From an uncultured Aliarcobacter sp. (GTDB taxonomy: Bacteria; Campylobacterota; Campylobacteria; Campylobacterales; Arcobacteraceae), in assembly GCA_963677435.1 (NCBI GenBank), contig OY781945.1:2144001-2208000 (forward strand): DNA of 64,000 bases. Reading direction: 5' to 3'. The position numbers and the translations under genes are program-made. Of the stretch, positions 21,623 through 31,450 are shown in pieces. The notes below the pieces were generated by a model. The model saw only the letters and a list, made by a program, of their open reading frames with translations, had not been told where the DNA came from and made no database searches. Positions within the stretch are counted from its first letter, which is position 1. Each line of letters begins with the position of its first letter.

Positions 21623-23470
21623 TTAGTAAATTGTATCCATATCAATTGAAGCATTTGGACTTTGAATACTATGAAGTGCATTTAGAAGTGCTTTAATATT
21701 ACTTGAACGAAGAAGAATTTCATATCTATATTTATTTGCCATTTTAAAAATAGGACTTTGACCAAAACCTACAACTTCTATGTTTGGATTTTCTTTTAAA
21801 AGTTTTACGAAATAATCCATTTCATCTTTTATTTTAATTCCATTAGCATGGGAAAATGTAACTTTTGCCATTTTTAAAAATGGAGGATAAAGCTCTTGTC
21901 TAAATTCAAGTTCACTTTCTAAGAACTCTTTATAGTTTGATTCATTTAAATAATGATTAAAAAATTCTTCATTTTTTGTTTGAATTATAACTTCACCCTC
22001 ACCTTTTCGTCCACTTCGTCCTGATATTTGAATAAGTAAAGATAGAGCTTTTTCTCTTGCCTTATAAGAATTCATATTTAAAATAGAATCTATTCCTAAA
22101 ACAACAGCTAATCGAACATTGTGATAATCATGCCCTTTTGAAAGCATTTGAGTTCCAACTAAAATATCGATTTCACCTTTGTTAAACTCATTTAATATGG
22201 TTTTTAATTGATTATTTGTTTTTATTTGGTCACGGTCAAATCTTTTTATGACTTTTTGAGGAAATAACTCTTTTAATTCCTCTTCAATTTGAGCAGTTCC
22301 CACTCGAAGATTGTGAATAATTCCATTATGACATGAAGGACAAGTTTCAGGAATTTGTTGAGTATATCCACAATAATGGCACTTTAATGCTAAATCATTT
22401 TTATGTAAACTCATAGAAACTGAACAATAAGGACACTCAACTGATTTTCCACAAGTTGTGCAAATTTGGTATTTAAAGTTTGCCCGTGTTGGTAAAAATA
22501 CTATTACTTGATTTCCACTGTCTATTGTTCTTGTGATTTTATCTATAACTTTTAGGGATAAATTTGCTTCACTATCTTCAAAACTATAATATTTTTTTGT
22601 TTGGTGATAAGTCTCATCAAGTCTAAAAAAAGGTATTTTATGAAAAGAGCTAGAAGAAACTGTTGCACTTCCTAAAACTAACTGTAAATCAAATTTCTTT
22701 GCCATATAAATAGATAAATCTTTTGTATGAAATCTAGGTTTTGAATCACTTTTATAAGAGTCATCATGCTCTTCGTCAACTACAATCACACCCAAATTTG
22801 AATATGGCAAGAAAAGTGCTGATCTAGCCCCTGCAATTAATCTAATAGTACCTTCTTGTAGTCCTTTTAAAATCTCTTCTTTTTTCTTTTTAGTAATCTT
22901 TGAGTGCCAAATAGCAATACTTTTTCCAAATACTTTTTCTAATCTTTTTTGCATTTGAGGAGTTAGGGAAATTTCAGGCATTAATAAAATTGCTTGTTTA
23001 TTTGCATTTAAATGCTCTTCAATTATTTTGATATAAACCTCAGTTTTACCAGCTCCTGTATCTGCAAATAAAAGGGCTTGTTTTTTATCTTTTAAAAACT
23101 CTTTTGCTTTTTCTTGTTGTGTAGATAAAATTATTTTACTATCAAATTTTTCTTCATTAAAAATTGGATTTATATTTTCATCAAAGGGACTGTAAACACT
23201 CAACGCTTCACCAAGAGAACAAACATAATATTGAGATACAAAACTAGCAATTTGTTGCATTTTTTCATCAAAATACTCGTTTGTAATTTCAACTATATCA
23301 CTGCATTTAAAAGTTGGTTTTTCAACCTCTTTTATAACAACTGCTTCATCTAAGTTTTTTCTTTGTTTTAGTTTTATTAAAACTTTTTTTCCAAGTGAGA
23401 TTTTTTCTTCACTTTGAAATGTTAGATTATTTAGTGGTGATTTTAAAAGTGCTAGTTCATAATAATACAT
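21623..23470 (-). CDS. priA: Primosomal protein N' (replication restart helicase)
   Basis: DTGAGKTEVY, PEISLTPQ, DEEHD, four CxxC pairs, GTQMLSKGHD, QISGRSGR. Confidence 0.95.
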   Translation of the reverse strand: MYYYELALLKSPLNNLTFQSEEKISLGKKVLIKLKQRKNLDEAVVIKEVEKPTFKCSDIVEITNEYFDEKMQQIASFVSQYYVCSLGEALSVYSPFDENINPIFNEEKFDSKIILSTQQEKAKEFLKDKKQALLFADTGAGKTEVYIKIIEEHLNANKQAILLMPEISLTPQMQKRLEKVFGKSIAIWHSKITKKKKEEILKGLQEGTIRLIAGARSALFLPYSNLGVIVVDEEHDDSYKSDSKPRFHTKDLSIYMAKKFDLQLVLGSATVSSSSFHKIPFFRLDETYHQTKKYYSFEDSEANLSLKVIDKITRTIDSGNQVIVFLPTRANFKYQICTTCGKSVECPYCSVSMSLHKNDLALKCHYCGYTQQIPETCPSCHNGIIHNLRVGTAQIEEELKELFPQKVIKRFDRDQIKTNNQLKTILNEFNKGEIDILVGTQMLSKGHDYHNVRLAVVLGIDSILNMNSYKAREKALSLLIQISGRSGRKGEGEVIIQTKNEEFFNHYLNESNYKEFLESELEFRQELYPPFLKMAKVTFSHANGIKIKDEMDYFVKLLKENPNIEVVGFGQSPIFKMANKYRYEILLRSSNIKALLNALHSIQSPNASIDMDTIY

Positions 23471-23901
23471 TATTCAATCTCACTACAAAGTTCAGGGCTA
23501 CTTGTACATAAAAATTTATTTTCTTCAAAAGAGAATAAAATACCTTTATCTCTTGAAAGATAAAAAGTATAAGATTTATTTGATAATTTTGCCCACATTC
23601 CAGACTCTTTTTTTGTTGTATTTGTTGAAACTATTGAAAAATCTATCACTTTAGTAAAAAGTCTTTCATTGCTTGAATTTTGTTTTGCTTCATCTAAACT
23701 ATCTAATTCTTGAGTATTTGAGAGTAAAATATTTTTATTTATCTGCTTTGTTATTCCATTTTGAATTAAAGCAACTTGAGATTGAAGTTTCGTAATATTT
23801 GTTTTATAGTTTAGATTTGTAAATTTAGGAATTGCAAAAGATGTAATGATAGCTATTAAAACTATCACAATTATAATCTCTAATAATGAAAAACCTTTGA
23901 T
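23470..23901 (-). CDS. Type II secretion/competence pseudopilin (prepilin N-terminal cleavage motif)
   Basis: In-frame sequence upstream of the predicted GTG (23868) encodes KG|FSLLEIIIVIVLIAII...AIPK; only candidate start is ATC at 23901. Confidence 0.8.
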   Translation of the reverse strand: MKGFSLLEIIIVIVLIAIITSFAIPKFTNLNYKTNITKLQSQVALIQNGITKQINKNILLSNTQELDSLDEAKQNSSNERLFTKVIDFSIVSTNTTKKESGMWAKLSNKSYTFYLSRDKGILFSFEENKFLCTSSPELCSEIE

Positions 23902-23903
23902 TG

Positions 23904-24113
23904 CTAAAACCTTGAAAGTTTATTTGTAATATCTTCAATATCTTTTTTAAATGTATTATATTCTTGTGATAATCTTATATAAGCGGCTAATAAATCTCTA
24001 GTATCATTATTTTTTTCTAAATTCAAATATTTTGTAAGTTCTTTATAAATACTCTCATCAACATTTATAGTATATGCCATATTATTAATATGAAAAGTTA
24101 CCTCTTTATTCAC
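23904..24113 (-). CDS. Small ZapA-like protein
   Basis: VTFHINNMAYTI beta-strand N-terminus plus C-terminal coiled coil; coupled to a ZapB-like gene. Confidence 0.55.
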   Translation of the reverse strand: MNKEVTFHINNMAYTINVDESIYKELTKYLNLEKNNDTRDLLAAYIRLSQEYNTFKKDIEDITNKLSRF

Positions 24114-24306
24114 TATTTCGTGCCTTTATTAATGTTAATGTACTATCGATTCTCAGAAACATGTCTTGATTATTTCTTATTAGTTCATCATTTTCATTTT
24201 TCATAGAATCTATTTCTTGTTGAAGTGCTAGATTTTCTAATCTTAATTTATCATAATCGTGAATTAATTTATCAATTTTATTGTTTAATGTTTCTATTAT
24301 TTCCAT
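24106..24306 (-). CDS. Small coiled-coil protein, ZapB-like
   Basis: 66-aa coiled coil (L..KIDKLI.....LRLEN..L). Confidence 0.6.
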   Translation of the reverse strand: MEIIETLNNKIDKLIHDYDKLRLENLALQQEIDSMKNENDELIRNNQDMFLRIDSTLTLIKARNSE

Positions 24307-24354
24307 GGTAAGTATTTTACCTAAAAAATTCTACTATTAGAATTGAAATTATAT

Positions 24355-24771
24355 TTATTGTTGTATTTTTTTCTCATTTATAAATATTTTAGCAACTTCG
24401 TATAACATTGACACTGATTTACCCCATTGAGAGTAATCATTTACATCAGATATGTCTATACCGAAGCTATCTGAAATTTTTTGAATTAAGATTTTTTCAT
24501 TGATATTAAAACTATGATCAATATGAATTAAAATCATTAACTCTAAAATTACTATTCGTTTACTTGATTCTGATTTGAAGTCTTTTAATATTTTATCTAA
24601 ACTAAAATTATCAAAATCAAAAGAGTCTAAGTTTTCAATTCCCATTTCAGTACAATATTCTAAAATAATCTCTTCTTCTTTTTCTCCGTATTTATTGTCT
24701 ATACGAGCAAGATAATGAGCTAACTGTAAGAAAGAAAACTTCTCTTTTGCTTCTAATTTCATTAATAACAT
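24355..24771 (-). CDS. TerB-like (tellurite-resistance family) protein
   Basis: Two repeats of the A..D.....E pattern (ARIDNKYGEKEEE; IHIDHSFNINEK). Confidence 0.7.
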   Translation of the reverse strand: MLLMKLEAKEKFSFLQLAHYLARIDNKYGEKEEEIILEYCTEMGIENLDSFDFDNFSLDKILKDFKSESSKRIVILELMILIHIDHSFNINEKILIQKISDSFGIDISDVNDYSQWGKSVSMLYEVAKIFINEKKIQQ

Positions 24772-24938
24772 CTTATAATTCCTATTTGTTTATATTATTA
24801 TTTTAGTAAAAATTCATTAACAATAAATGAACAAGTATTGTTTTTTTGTTTTGCATAAAATCCATCTGCGATATTATATTAAAATTATCTACAGATGTAT
24901 CTTATATCAAGAAGAGCAGTTTTAATAAGAATTATATT

Positions 24939-25634
24939 TTAAGCACCTAAATATTTAGCTCTAATGTCATCAGAGTGAACTAAGTCACTTCCTTTACCTT
25001 CTAAAGCAACCTCACCATTTTCTAATACATACGCCCAATCAGATATTTCTAAAGCTGCAAAGGCATTTTGTTCTATTAATAAAATAGTAATGCCTTCATC
25101 TCTTAATCTTAAAATTGTTTCAAATAACTCACCAATAATCTTAGGAGCAAGTCCTAGTGATGGTTCATCAAGCATTAATAACTTTGGAGAACTCATTAAT
25201 GCTCTTGCAATTGCTAACATTTGTTGTTCTCCTCCACTCATAGTTCCTGCTAATTGATGTCTTTTTTGTACAAGTCTTGGAAAAAGTTTTAACATATCTT
25301 CTTGAAGTTGCTCATATTTAGCATCATTGTTAAATGCACCCATTCTAAGATTTTCTTCAATTGTAAGGTTTTGAAAACATCTTCTACCTTCTGGAACTAA
25401 GGCAATTCCACTTTGAATAATTTTATGGGTTTTCATAGTTGAAATATCTTTATCCATAAAAGTAATTTGACCAGTTTTTTTAACATCATTTACAATTGAT
25501 TGTAAAGTTGATGTTTTACCCGCACCATTTGAGCCAACTAAAGATACTATTTGCCCCTCTTTAACTTCAAAATCAATTCCTCTTACAGCTTTAATAAGTC
25601 CATAATATACTTCTAAATTTTTTACTTTAAGCAT
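24939..25634 (-). CDS. livF: Branched-chain amino acid ABC transporter ATPase
   Basis: GSNGAGKTS, VPEGRR, MSGGEQQMLAIARALM, DEPSLGLAP. Confidence 0.93.
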   Translation of the reverse strand: MLKVKNLEVYYGLIKAVRGIDFEVKEGQIVSLVGSNGAGKTSTLQSIVNDVKKTGQITFMDKDISTMKTHKIIQSGIALVPEGRRCFQNLTIEENLRMGAFNNDAKYEQLQEDMLKLFPRLVQKRHQLAGTMSGGEQQMLAIARALMSSPKLLMLDEPSLGLAPKIIGELFETILRLRDEGITILLIEQNAFAALEISDWAYVLENGEVALEGKGSDLVHSDDIRAKYLGA

Positions 25635-26394
25635 GTTTAAAATCTCCAAGGTAGGCTTTTATAACCTCTTCATCTTTAATTGCATCTTTGATGTCACCCT
25701 CAAAGATTGTTTTTCCATAATCTAAAACCATAACTCTATCACACAATTTATTTACAAATTTCATATCATGTTCAATCAATAAAATCGTAATATCAAACTC
25801 ATCTCTAATTTTGAAAAATAGTTCAGCTAAATCATGTGTTTCATTTGGATTCATTCCCGCTGCTGGTTCATCTAGTAATAGAAGTTGAGGATTAGCAGCA
25901 AGTGCCCTTGCTATTTCAACCTTTCTTTGTTGTCCATAAGAAAGAGAAGTTGCAAGTTCATCTGCATATTTTGATATTCCTAATACTTCCATGATTTCAA
26001 AAGCTCTTTGTCTTACTCTTTTTTCTTCTTTGAAAAATCTTGGTAATCTAAATATTGCTTCAAAATATGAATATGTTGCTTGGTAATCAAAACCTATTAG
26101 AACATTTTCTAAAACTGTCATAGATTTAAATAATCTAATATTTTGAAATGTTCTAGCTATTCCTCTATGAACTATTTTATGAGGTTTTATACCATCAATT
26201 TTTTGACCATGAAATTTAATTGAACCCTCTGTTGGTTCATAATTTCCAGTAATGATATTAAACATTGTTGTTTTACCAGCACCATTTGGACCAATTAATC
26301 CATAAATCTCTTTTGCTTTTACATGAAATGAAGTATCTTTAATAGCAGTTACTCCACCAAATTTTTTTGTTACATTGCAAACTTCTAAAATCAT
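25627..26394 (-). CDS. livG: Branched-chain amino acid ABC transporter ATPase
   Basis: FGG, GPNGAGKTT, ARTFQNIRLF, LSYGQQR, DEPAAGMN, IEHDM. Confidence 0.93.
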   Translation of the reverse strand: MILEVCNVTKKFGGVTAIKDTSFHVKAKEIYGLIGPNGAGKTTMFNIITGNYEPTEGSIKFHGQKIDGIKPHKIVHRGIARTFQNIRLFKSMTVLENVLIGFDYQATYSYFEAIFRLPRFFKEEKRVRQRAFEIMEVLGISKYADELATSLSYGQQRKVEIARALAANPQLLLLDEPAAGMNPNETHDLAELFFKIRDEFDITILLIEHDMKFVNKLCDRVMVLDYGKTIFEGDIKDAIKDEEVIKAYLGDFKHA

Positions 26395-27431
26395 TTGTTT
26401 GCCTTTTTCTTTTTAAATAAATCTTTTAATTCTTTTTTACCCATTAAACCTTCTCTTGCAAAAAGCATTACAACAATTAAGATTAAAGAGAAAACCACCA
26501 TTCTCATTCCTGGCATTGCATCTGTATGAATACCCATAAAATCCATAGGTTCATCTAAGAATCTCATCCACTCAAGCCCAGCCATTACAAATATAGTTCC
26601 TAAAATAGCTCCTGTTGTACTTCCAAGACCACCTAAAACGATGATAATTAATAATTGGAATGTTAGGAAAAATGTAAATAAATCAGGAGAAATTGATGTT
26701 AATAGTGCTGCTAATAAACCACCACCAACACCTTCAAAAAATGCTGAAGTTGTAAATGCTAAAGTTTTTGTTTTAAATGTATTAATACCCATAGCAGTTG
26801 CTGCATCTTCATCATCACGAACAGCTTTCATAGCTCTTCCAAATTTTGAATATATAATATTTAAAATAACCATTACTGCAAGAATAGCTGCTCCACCTGT
26901 CCAGTAAAGATTTGAGTATTCTGGAATGTCATTTATACCTAATGAACCATTTGTAATCTCAGGAGAGTTTATTGCTAAAATTCTGATGATAAATCCAAAA
27001 CCTAAAGTAACAATTGCTAAATAATCTCCTCTTACTCTAAATACTGGAAAAGATAATGATAAAGCTAATAAAGCTGAAATAATTCCTGAAAAAAGTAAAG
27101 CCCAAAAGAAATTTGATTGTAAAGCTAAAACCCAAGGAGATGGATCTGCGATATAATATTGATATTCCATTCCCTCAGCATCAACTAATAAAATAGCTGT
27201 AACATAAGCACCAATGGCAACAAATCCATTTGGTTCAAGGGAAAACTGTCCAGTAATACCATTTATCAAGTTATATGAAACTGCTAAAATAATAAAAATT
27301 GCAACATTGTTAATAATTCTAACTGTATATTCATCAAAAAAGTTTTGCGCAAACCAAGTAAACCAAATAGCTGTTATTATTATTGCTAGGTTTATCATTC
27401 TTTGTTTTGTAAAAATTGTATCTTGAACCAT
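26391..27431 (-). CDS. livM: Branched-chain amino acid ABC transporter permease
   Basis: GQFSL, RGDYLAIVTLGFG, FGRAMKAVRDDE, VLGGLGS. Confidence 0.92.
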   Translation of the reverse strand: MVQDTIFTKQRMINLAIIITAIWFTWFAQNFFDEYTVRIINNVAIFIILAVSYNLINGITGQFSLEPNGFVAIGAYVTAILLVDAEGMEYQYYIADPSPWVLALQSNFFWALLFSGIISALLALSLSFPVFRVRGDYLAIVTLGFGFIIRILAINSPEITNGSLGINDIPEYSNLYWTGGAAILAVMVILNIIYSKFGRAMKAVRDDEDAATAMGINTFKTKTLAFTTSAFFEGVGGGLLAALLTSISPDLFTFFLTFQLLIIIVLGGLGSTTGAILGTIFVMAGLEWMRFLDEPMDFMGIHTDAMPGMRMVVFSLILIVVMLFAREGLMGKKELKDLFKKKKANK

Positions 27432-27433
27432 AA

Positions 27434-28330
27434 TTAAAACCTACTCTTTTCTAAATCTTGACCCATAATTCCTGTTGGTTTAAACAACAATACTAAAATC
27501 AAGAAAACAAAGGCAAAAGCATCTTTATATCCACCAAGTTCTGGGAAAAATGCGATAACAACAACTTCAGTAAATCCAATAATAAATCCACCTACAACAG
27601 CTCCAGAAACTGAACCAATACCACCAACAACAGCTGCTGCAAAGGCTTTTAGACCAACTAAAACACCCATCATAGGCTCAACTGAGGGATAATTAATAGC
27701 CCAAAAAATTCCACCAACTGCTGCTAGTGCTGAACCTAATCCAAATACTAAAGAAATAATGCTATTTGCATCAATTCCCATTAAATTTACAGTTTTAATA
27801 TCAAATGATAAAGCTCTAATTGCCATTCCATATTTTGTTTTATATAAAACATATAAAATTCCAATTAATAAAAATAGAGTAACTATTGGAACCATTATTG
27901 AAGCAACTGAAAAAGTAACACCTGCAACATTAAAAATATTTTCCATATATTCAGGAACAGGGAAAGCTCTTGGAACTCCACCTGCAAATACTGTAAATGC
28001 ATTTTCTAAAAAAAATGAAATACCAATTGCAGTAATTAATAAAGAGATTTTTGGAGCTTCTCTTAGGGGTTTATAAGCAATTTTGTCCATAAACATACCA
28101 AAACCAGCTGATAAAGTAACTGCTAATAATACAGTAATAGAAAACGGCAAATCAAAAACTGCCATAAAAGTATAAGCTAAAAAAGCACCTACCATCATTA
28201 TATCGCCATGGGCAAAGTTAATTAATCTTAACACACCATAAACCATTGTATAACCAATTGCAATAAGAGCATACATACTACCCAAACTAAAACCGTTTAT
28301 CATTTGTTGCATAAAGGTTAATATATCCAT
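27434..28330 (-). CDS. livH: Branched-chain amino acid ABC transporter permease
   Basis: NG...GSMYALIAIGYTMVYGVLRLINFAHGD, KAFAAAVVGGIGS; AGGAG Shine-Dalgarno before ATG 28330. Confidence 0.93.
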   Translation of the reverse strand: MDILTFMQQMINGFSLGSMYALIAIGYTMVYGVLRLINFAHGDIMMVGAFLAYTFMAVFDLPFSITVLLAVTLSAGFGMFMDKIAYKPLREAPKISLLITAIGISFFLENAFTVFAGGVPRAFPVPEYMENIFNVAGVTFSVASIMVPIVTLFLLIGILYVLYKTKYGMAIRALSFDIKTVNLMGIDANSIISLVFGLGSALAAVGGIFWAINYPSVEPMMGVLVGLKAFAAAVVGGIGSVSGAVVGGFIIGFTEVVVIAFFPELGGYKDAFAFVFLILVLLFKPTGIMGQDLEKSRF

Positions 28331-28360
28331 TAAATCTCCTGAATTTAAATATTTATAAAA

Positions 28361-28432
28361 TTGCAATTATAAAAATAATAATAGTTAGTTTTATAATTGC
28401 AAAAAAGCCTAACAATAAATTGTTAGGCTTTT
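28361..28432 (-). repeat. Two tandem inverted repeats (hairpins) between the liv binding-protein gene and livH
   Basis: ttgcaattataaaa-N14-ttttataattgcaa (28361-28402) and aaaagcctaacaat-aa-attgttaggctttt (28403-28432). Confidence 0.8.
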
Positions 28433-28451
28433 ACAATTTTTTTGATAAAAA

Positions 28452-29567
28452 TTATGGGTTAACTGTCGCTTTAAATACAGCTTTTCCATCTTTAATCTCT
28501 TTAATAACAGCAGATCTAGTTGCGTTACCTTCACTATTAATAGAAATTTTTCCTGAAACACCATCAAAATCTTTTGTTTTTTTAATTTCTTTATTAATAC
28601 AAACAGAATCAGTTGGGTCTTCACATCTATTCATAGCATCAATTAGTACATTATAAGTATCAGCACCTAAAGCTGTAAATGAGTTAACTTCTTTATTTCC
28701 AGTCTCTTTTTCGTGGTAAGCTACGAAATCAGCAGATTTTTGAGAAGGAGGATTTGTATAGTCAAAGAAATCTGTAAACATATATCCATTTACTGCATCT
28801 CCACCTAAATCAATAAATGTTTGGTTTGCAACACCATCTCCACTAAACATTGGTTTTTCTAAACCTAATTGTTTAGATTGTCTTGCAATCATAGAAGCTT
28901 CTGGGTGATATAAAGGTAAGAACATAAAGTCAGGGTTAATTTCTTTGATTTGAGAAACTACAGCTTTGAAATCTTTATCACCAGATGTAACTTTGATAAC
29001 TTTAACAATATTACCACCATTCTTTTTAAATGCACTTTCAAAAGCTTTTGCTAAACCTAAAGAATAAACTTGCGCTTGATCAACTACAACAACGGCTGTT
29101 TTATATCCCTCTTTACTTGCGTAATTTGCAACAACTTCACCTTGGAAAGAGTCAGTAAAACAAACTCTATTTGCAAAAGTTCTTTTTGCTGTTAATTGAT
29201 CATTTGTAGCAACTGAAGCAATAACAGGAATTCCTTTTTTATCAGCAATTGCAATAGTTTGAGCTGTATTTGTAGAAGTTAATGCTCCTAAAATTGCAAC
29301 AACATTATCAGAAGAGATAAGTCTAGTTGTAGCATTTGCAGTTTCAACTTTATCACCTTTATTATCTAATAATACAAGTTTAATTGTATCTCCATTTTTT
29401 AATGTAGGTTGTTGTTTATGTGCTAATTCAACACCTAAGTTTGTAACTTGTCCATAAGCTGCAAGTGCACCAGACATTGGCATAACTGCACCAACATTAA
29501 TCTCTTTTGCTGAAACAACACTACATGCTAATGCAGAAGCTAAAGCTATACTCAAAAATTTATTCAT
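28452..29567 (-). CDS. livJ: Branched-chain amino acid ABC transporter substrate-binding protein (LivJ/LivK family)
   Basis: Signal peptide; G...PMSG..AAYG, RVCFTDSFQG, DKDFKA, GDG, GVSG; first gene of the liv operon. Confidence 0.85.
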   Translation of the reverse strand: MNKFLSIALASALACSVVSAKEINVGAVMPMSGALAAYGQVTNLGVELAHKQQPTLKNGDTIKLVLLDNKGDKVETANATTRLISSDNVVAILGALTSTNTAQTIAIADKKGIPVIASVATNDQLTAKRTFANRVCFTDSFQGEVVANYASKEGYKTAVVVVDQAQVYSLGLAKAFESAFKKNGGNIVKVIKVTSGDKDFKAVVSQIKEINPDFMFLPLYHPEASMIARQSKQLGLEKPMFSGDGVANQTFIDLGGDAVNGYMFTDFFDYTNPPSQKSADFVAYHEKETGNKEVNSFTALGADTYNVLIDAMNRCEDPTDSVCINKEIKKTKDFDGVSGKISINSEGNATRSAVIKEIKDGKAVFKATVNP

Positions 29568-29753
29568 TTGTACTCCTTAATTAATTCCATATGATTCTAG
29601 CATAACAATATAAAATAATTATGAAAGGAAAAGACAATAAATTATACAAAAATTGTACATTTTATATCTTTTTATACAAAATATAGACTTTTTTGATTAT
29701 ATTATTACTATTTTACGAATAAATGTTAATAATTAAAATTTCAATGATATCTC

Positions 29754-30095
29754 TTATTCTAATTCTAAACTCATTAAATACATATCTTCACCATCAGTTA
29801 CTTTTATATTTACACTTTGGCATTTTGGACAGCAAAATTCATTTTTTTCTAATGTTGAAATAGTGTTACAATCTAAGCAATCAATAACCACTTTTTGATG
29901 ATTTATCAAAAAAACTGCATCATGGCAGACTGTTTGTTCTTTAAAAGTATCAAAAGCTGTTTGAAGTAAATCAGGCTCAACTCCACTTAAAACTCCAATT
30001 TTTATTACTACTTTTGTAACTTTTTTTGCGTCATTTGTTCTGGCGTGTTCTTCACAACTTTCTAATAAAGATTGAACGATACTATATTCGTGCAT
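29754..30095 (-). CDS. hypA: Hydrogenase nickel metallochaperone HypA
   Basis: N-terminal MHEYSI, two CxxC motifs, GEDM; TAATG overlap with hypE. Confidence 0.95.
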   Translation of the reverse strand: MHEYSIVQSLLESCEEHARTNDAKKVTKVVIKIGVLSGVEPDLLQTAFDTFKEQTVCHDAVFLINHQKVVIDCLDCNTISTLEKNEFCCPKCQSVNIKVTDGEDMYLMSLELE

Positions 30096-31093
30096 TAACA
30101 AATCCTTGGAAGAAGTTCACCAGTTGGTGTATCTAAAAATCTTTTTGTTCCCCAAGAACTATTTAGTATTACTTTTTGAGAATATTGTTGAGTTACCTTT
30201 CCAATAACACAAGCTTTTGAAGCTTCTGGAAATGTTTGTAAAACTTCAATAGCTTTAACTGCAAATTCTTGTGGAATTGCTAAAACAAAAGTTCCTTCAT
30301 TTGCAAGATTTGTTGCTTCAAAACCTAACATCTCACAAATTCCTTTTACCTCATCGCATACTGGTATTTTTTCTTCTTCTACTTCTATACAAATATTTGA
30401 TTGTTTTGCCCACTCGTTTAACACAGCACTCACTCCACCTCTTGTGGCATCTCTTAAAGCAGTTATTTTAATACCTGCATCAATCAAAGCTTTTACTTGA
30501 GGGTACAAAGAGTTACAATCGCTTTTAAGCTCTGAATTCATGTCCATTCCCTCTCGTGCAGCAAAAATAGTAGCACCATGAGCGCCAATATCTCTATTTA
30601 CTAGGATTACATCTTCTGTAGTTATATTGTTTGAGCTAATATCTTTGTATAAAATCTCTCCAATTCCTGTAGTGTTTATGAAGATTTTATCAACTGCACC
30701 TTTGGGAACTACCTTTGTATCTCCACTTACAACAATAGCTTCATTTACTTCAAGCTCTTTTTTCATAGAAGCCACTATTCTTTCAAGTTGCTCTACTTCA
30801 AAACCCTCTTCAATGATAACTGAGCAAGTAAGATACTTCGGCTTTGCTCCCATCATGGCTAAGTCATTACAAGTTCCACAAATGGCTAATTTTCCAATAT
30901 CTGCTCCACTAAAAAACAAAGGACTAACTGTAAATGAATCTGTACTAAAAGCTAATGTACCATTTTGAATAACAGCTGCATCTTCACTTTTTTCTAATAT
31001 CTCATTTTTAAAAGCATTATAAAATACTTTGTTTATAAGCTCATTGTTTTCAGCTCCACCATTTCCATGTGCTAGTGTTATTGTTTTAGTCAT
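30095..31093 (-). CDS. hypE: Hydrogenase maturation carbamoyl dehydratase HypE
   Basis: LAHGNGG, STDSFTVSPLFF, GDTKVV, RDATRGG, ANEG and C-terminal PRIC. Confidence 0.97.
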   Translation of the reverse strand: MTKTITLAHGNGGAENNELINKVFYNAFKNEILEKSEDAAVIQNGTLAFSTDSFTVSPLFFSGADIGKLAICGTCNDLAMMGAKPKYLTCSVIIEEGFEVEQLERIVASMKKELEVNEAIVVSGDTKVVPKGAVDKIFINTTGIGEILYKDISSNNITTEDVILVNRDIGAHGATIFAAREGMDMNSELKSDCNSLYPQVKALIDAGIKITALRDATRGGVSAVLNEWAKQSNICIEVEEEKIPVCDEVKGICEMLGFEATNLANEGTFVLAIPQEFAVKAIEVLQTFPEASKACVIGKVTQQYSQKVILNSSWGTKRFLDTPTGELLPRIC

Positions 31094-31450
31094 TTATTTA
31101 TCTTCCCTACTCTTAGAATATTTTTTACTTCCACCTTGAGAAGTTTCAACTGGATATTTTTTTTCGTTCTTAGTCATTTTATTCATAATTGCATCTTCAA
31201 GATTTATATCTAGCTTCATACAAAGTCTAAGAAGATAAATAGCCACATCTGCAACTTCTTCTTTTGTATGCTCTAATACATCATCAGGTAGATTTAAAGA
31301 CTCTTCAAAATTTAGCCATTGAAATATTTCATTTAGTTCTCCAACTTCTCCATTTAATGCCATAACTAGATTTTTTGGATTGTGAAAACTCTCCCAGTTT
31401 CTATCATCTGAGAATTTTTGTATTCTTTGTTTTATTTTTTCTATGTTCAT
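31094..31450 (-). CDS. MazG-like nucleotide pyrophosphohydrolase, DCTPP1/RS21-C6 (dCTP pyrophosphatase) type
   Basis: F...RNW..FHNPKNL.MAL.GEVGEL.EIFQW...EEVADV.IYL...N.KKYP...KKY pattern. Confidence 0.88.
   Translation of the reverse strand: MNIEKIKQRIQKFSDDRNWESFHNPKNLVMALNGEVGELNEIFQWLNFEESLNLPDDVLEHTKEEVADVAIYLLRLCMKLDINLEDAIMNKMTKNEKKYPVETSQGGSKKYSKSREDK

Noticed and set aside
23880..23910. 6S RNA downstream of the zapA-like gene
   Set aside because: No intergenic space; the pseudopilin gene starts immediately.
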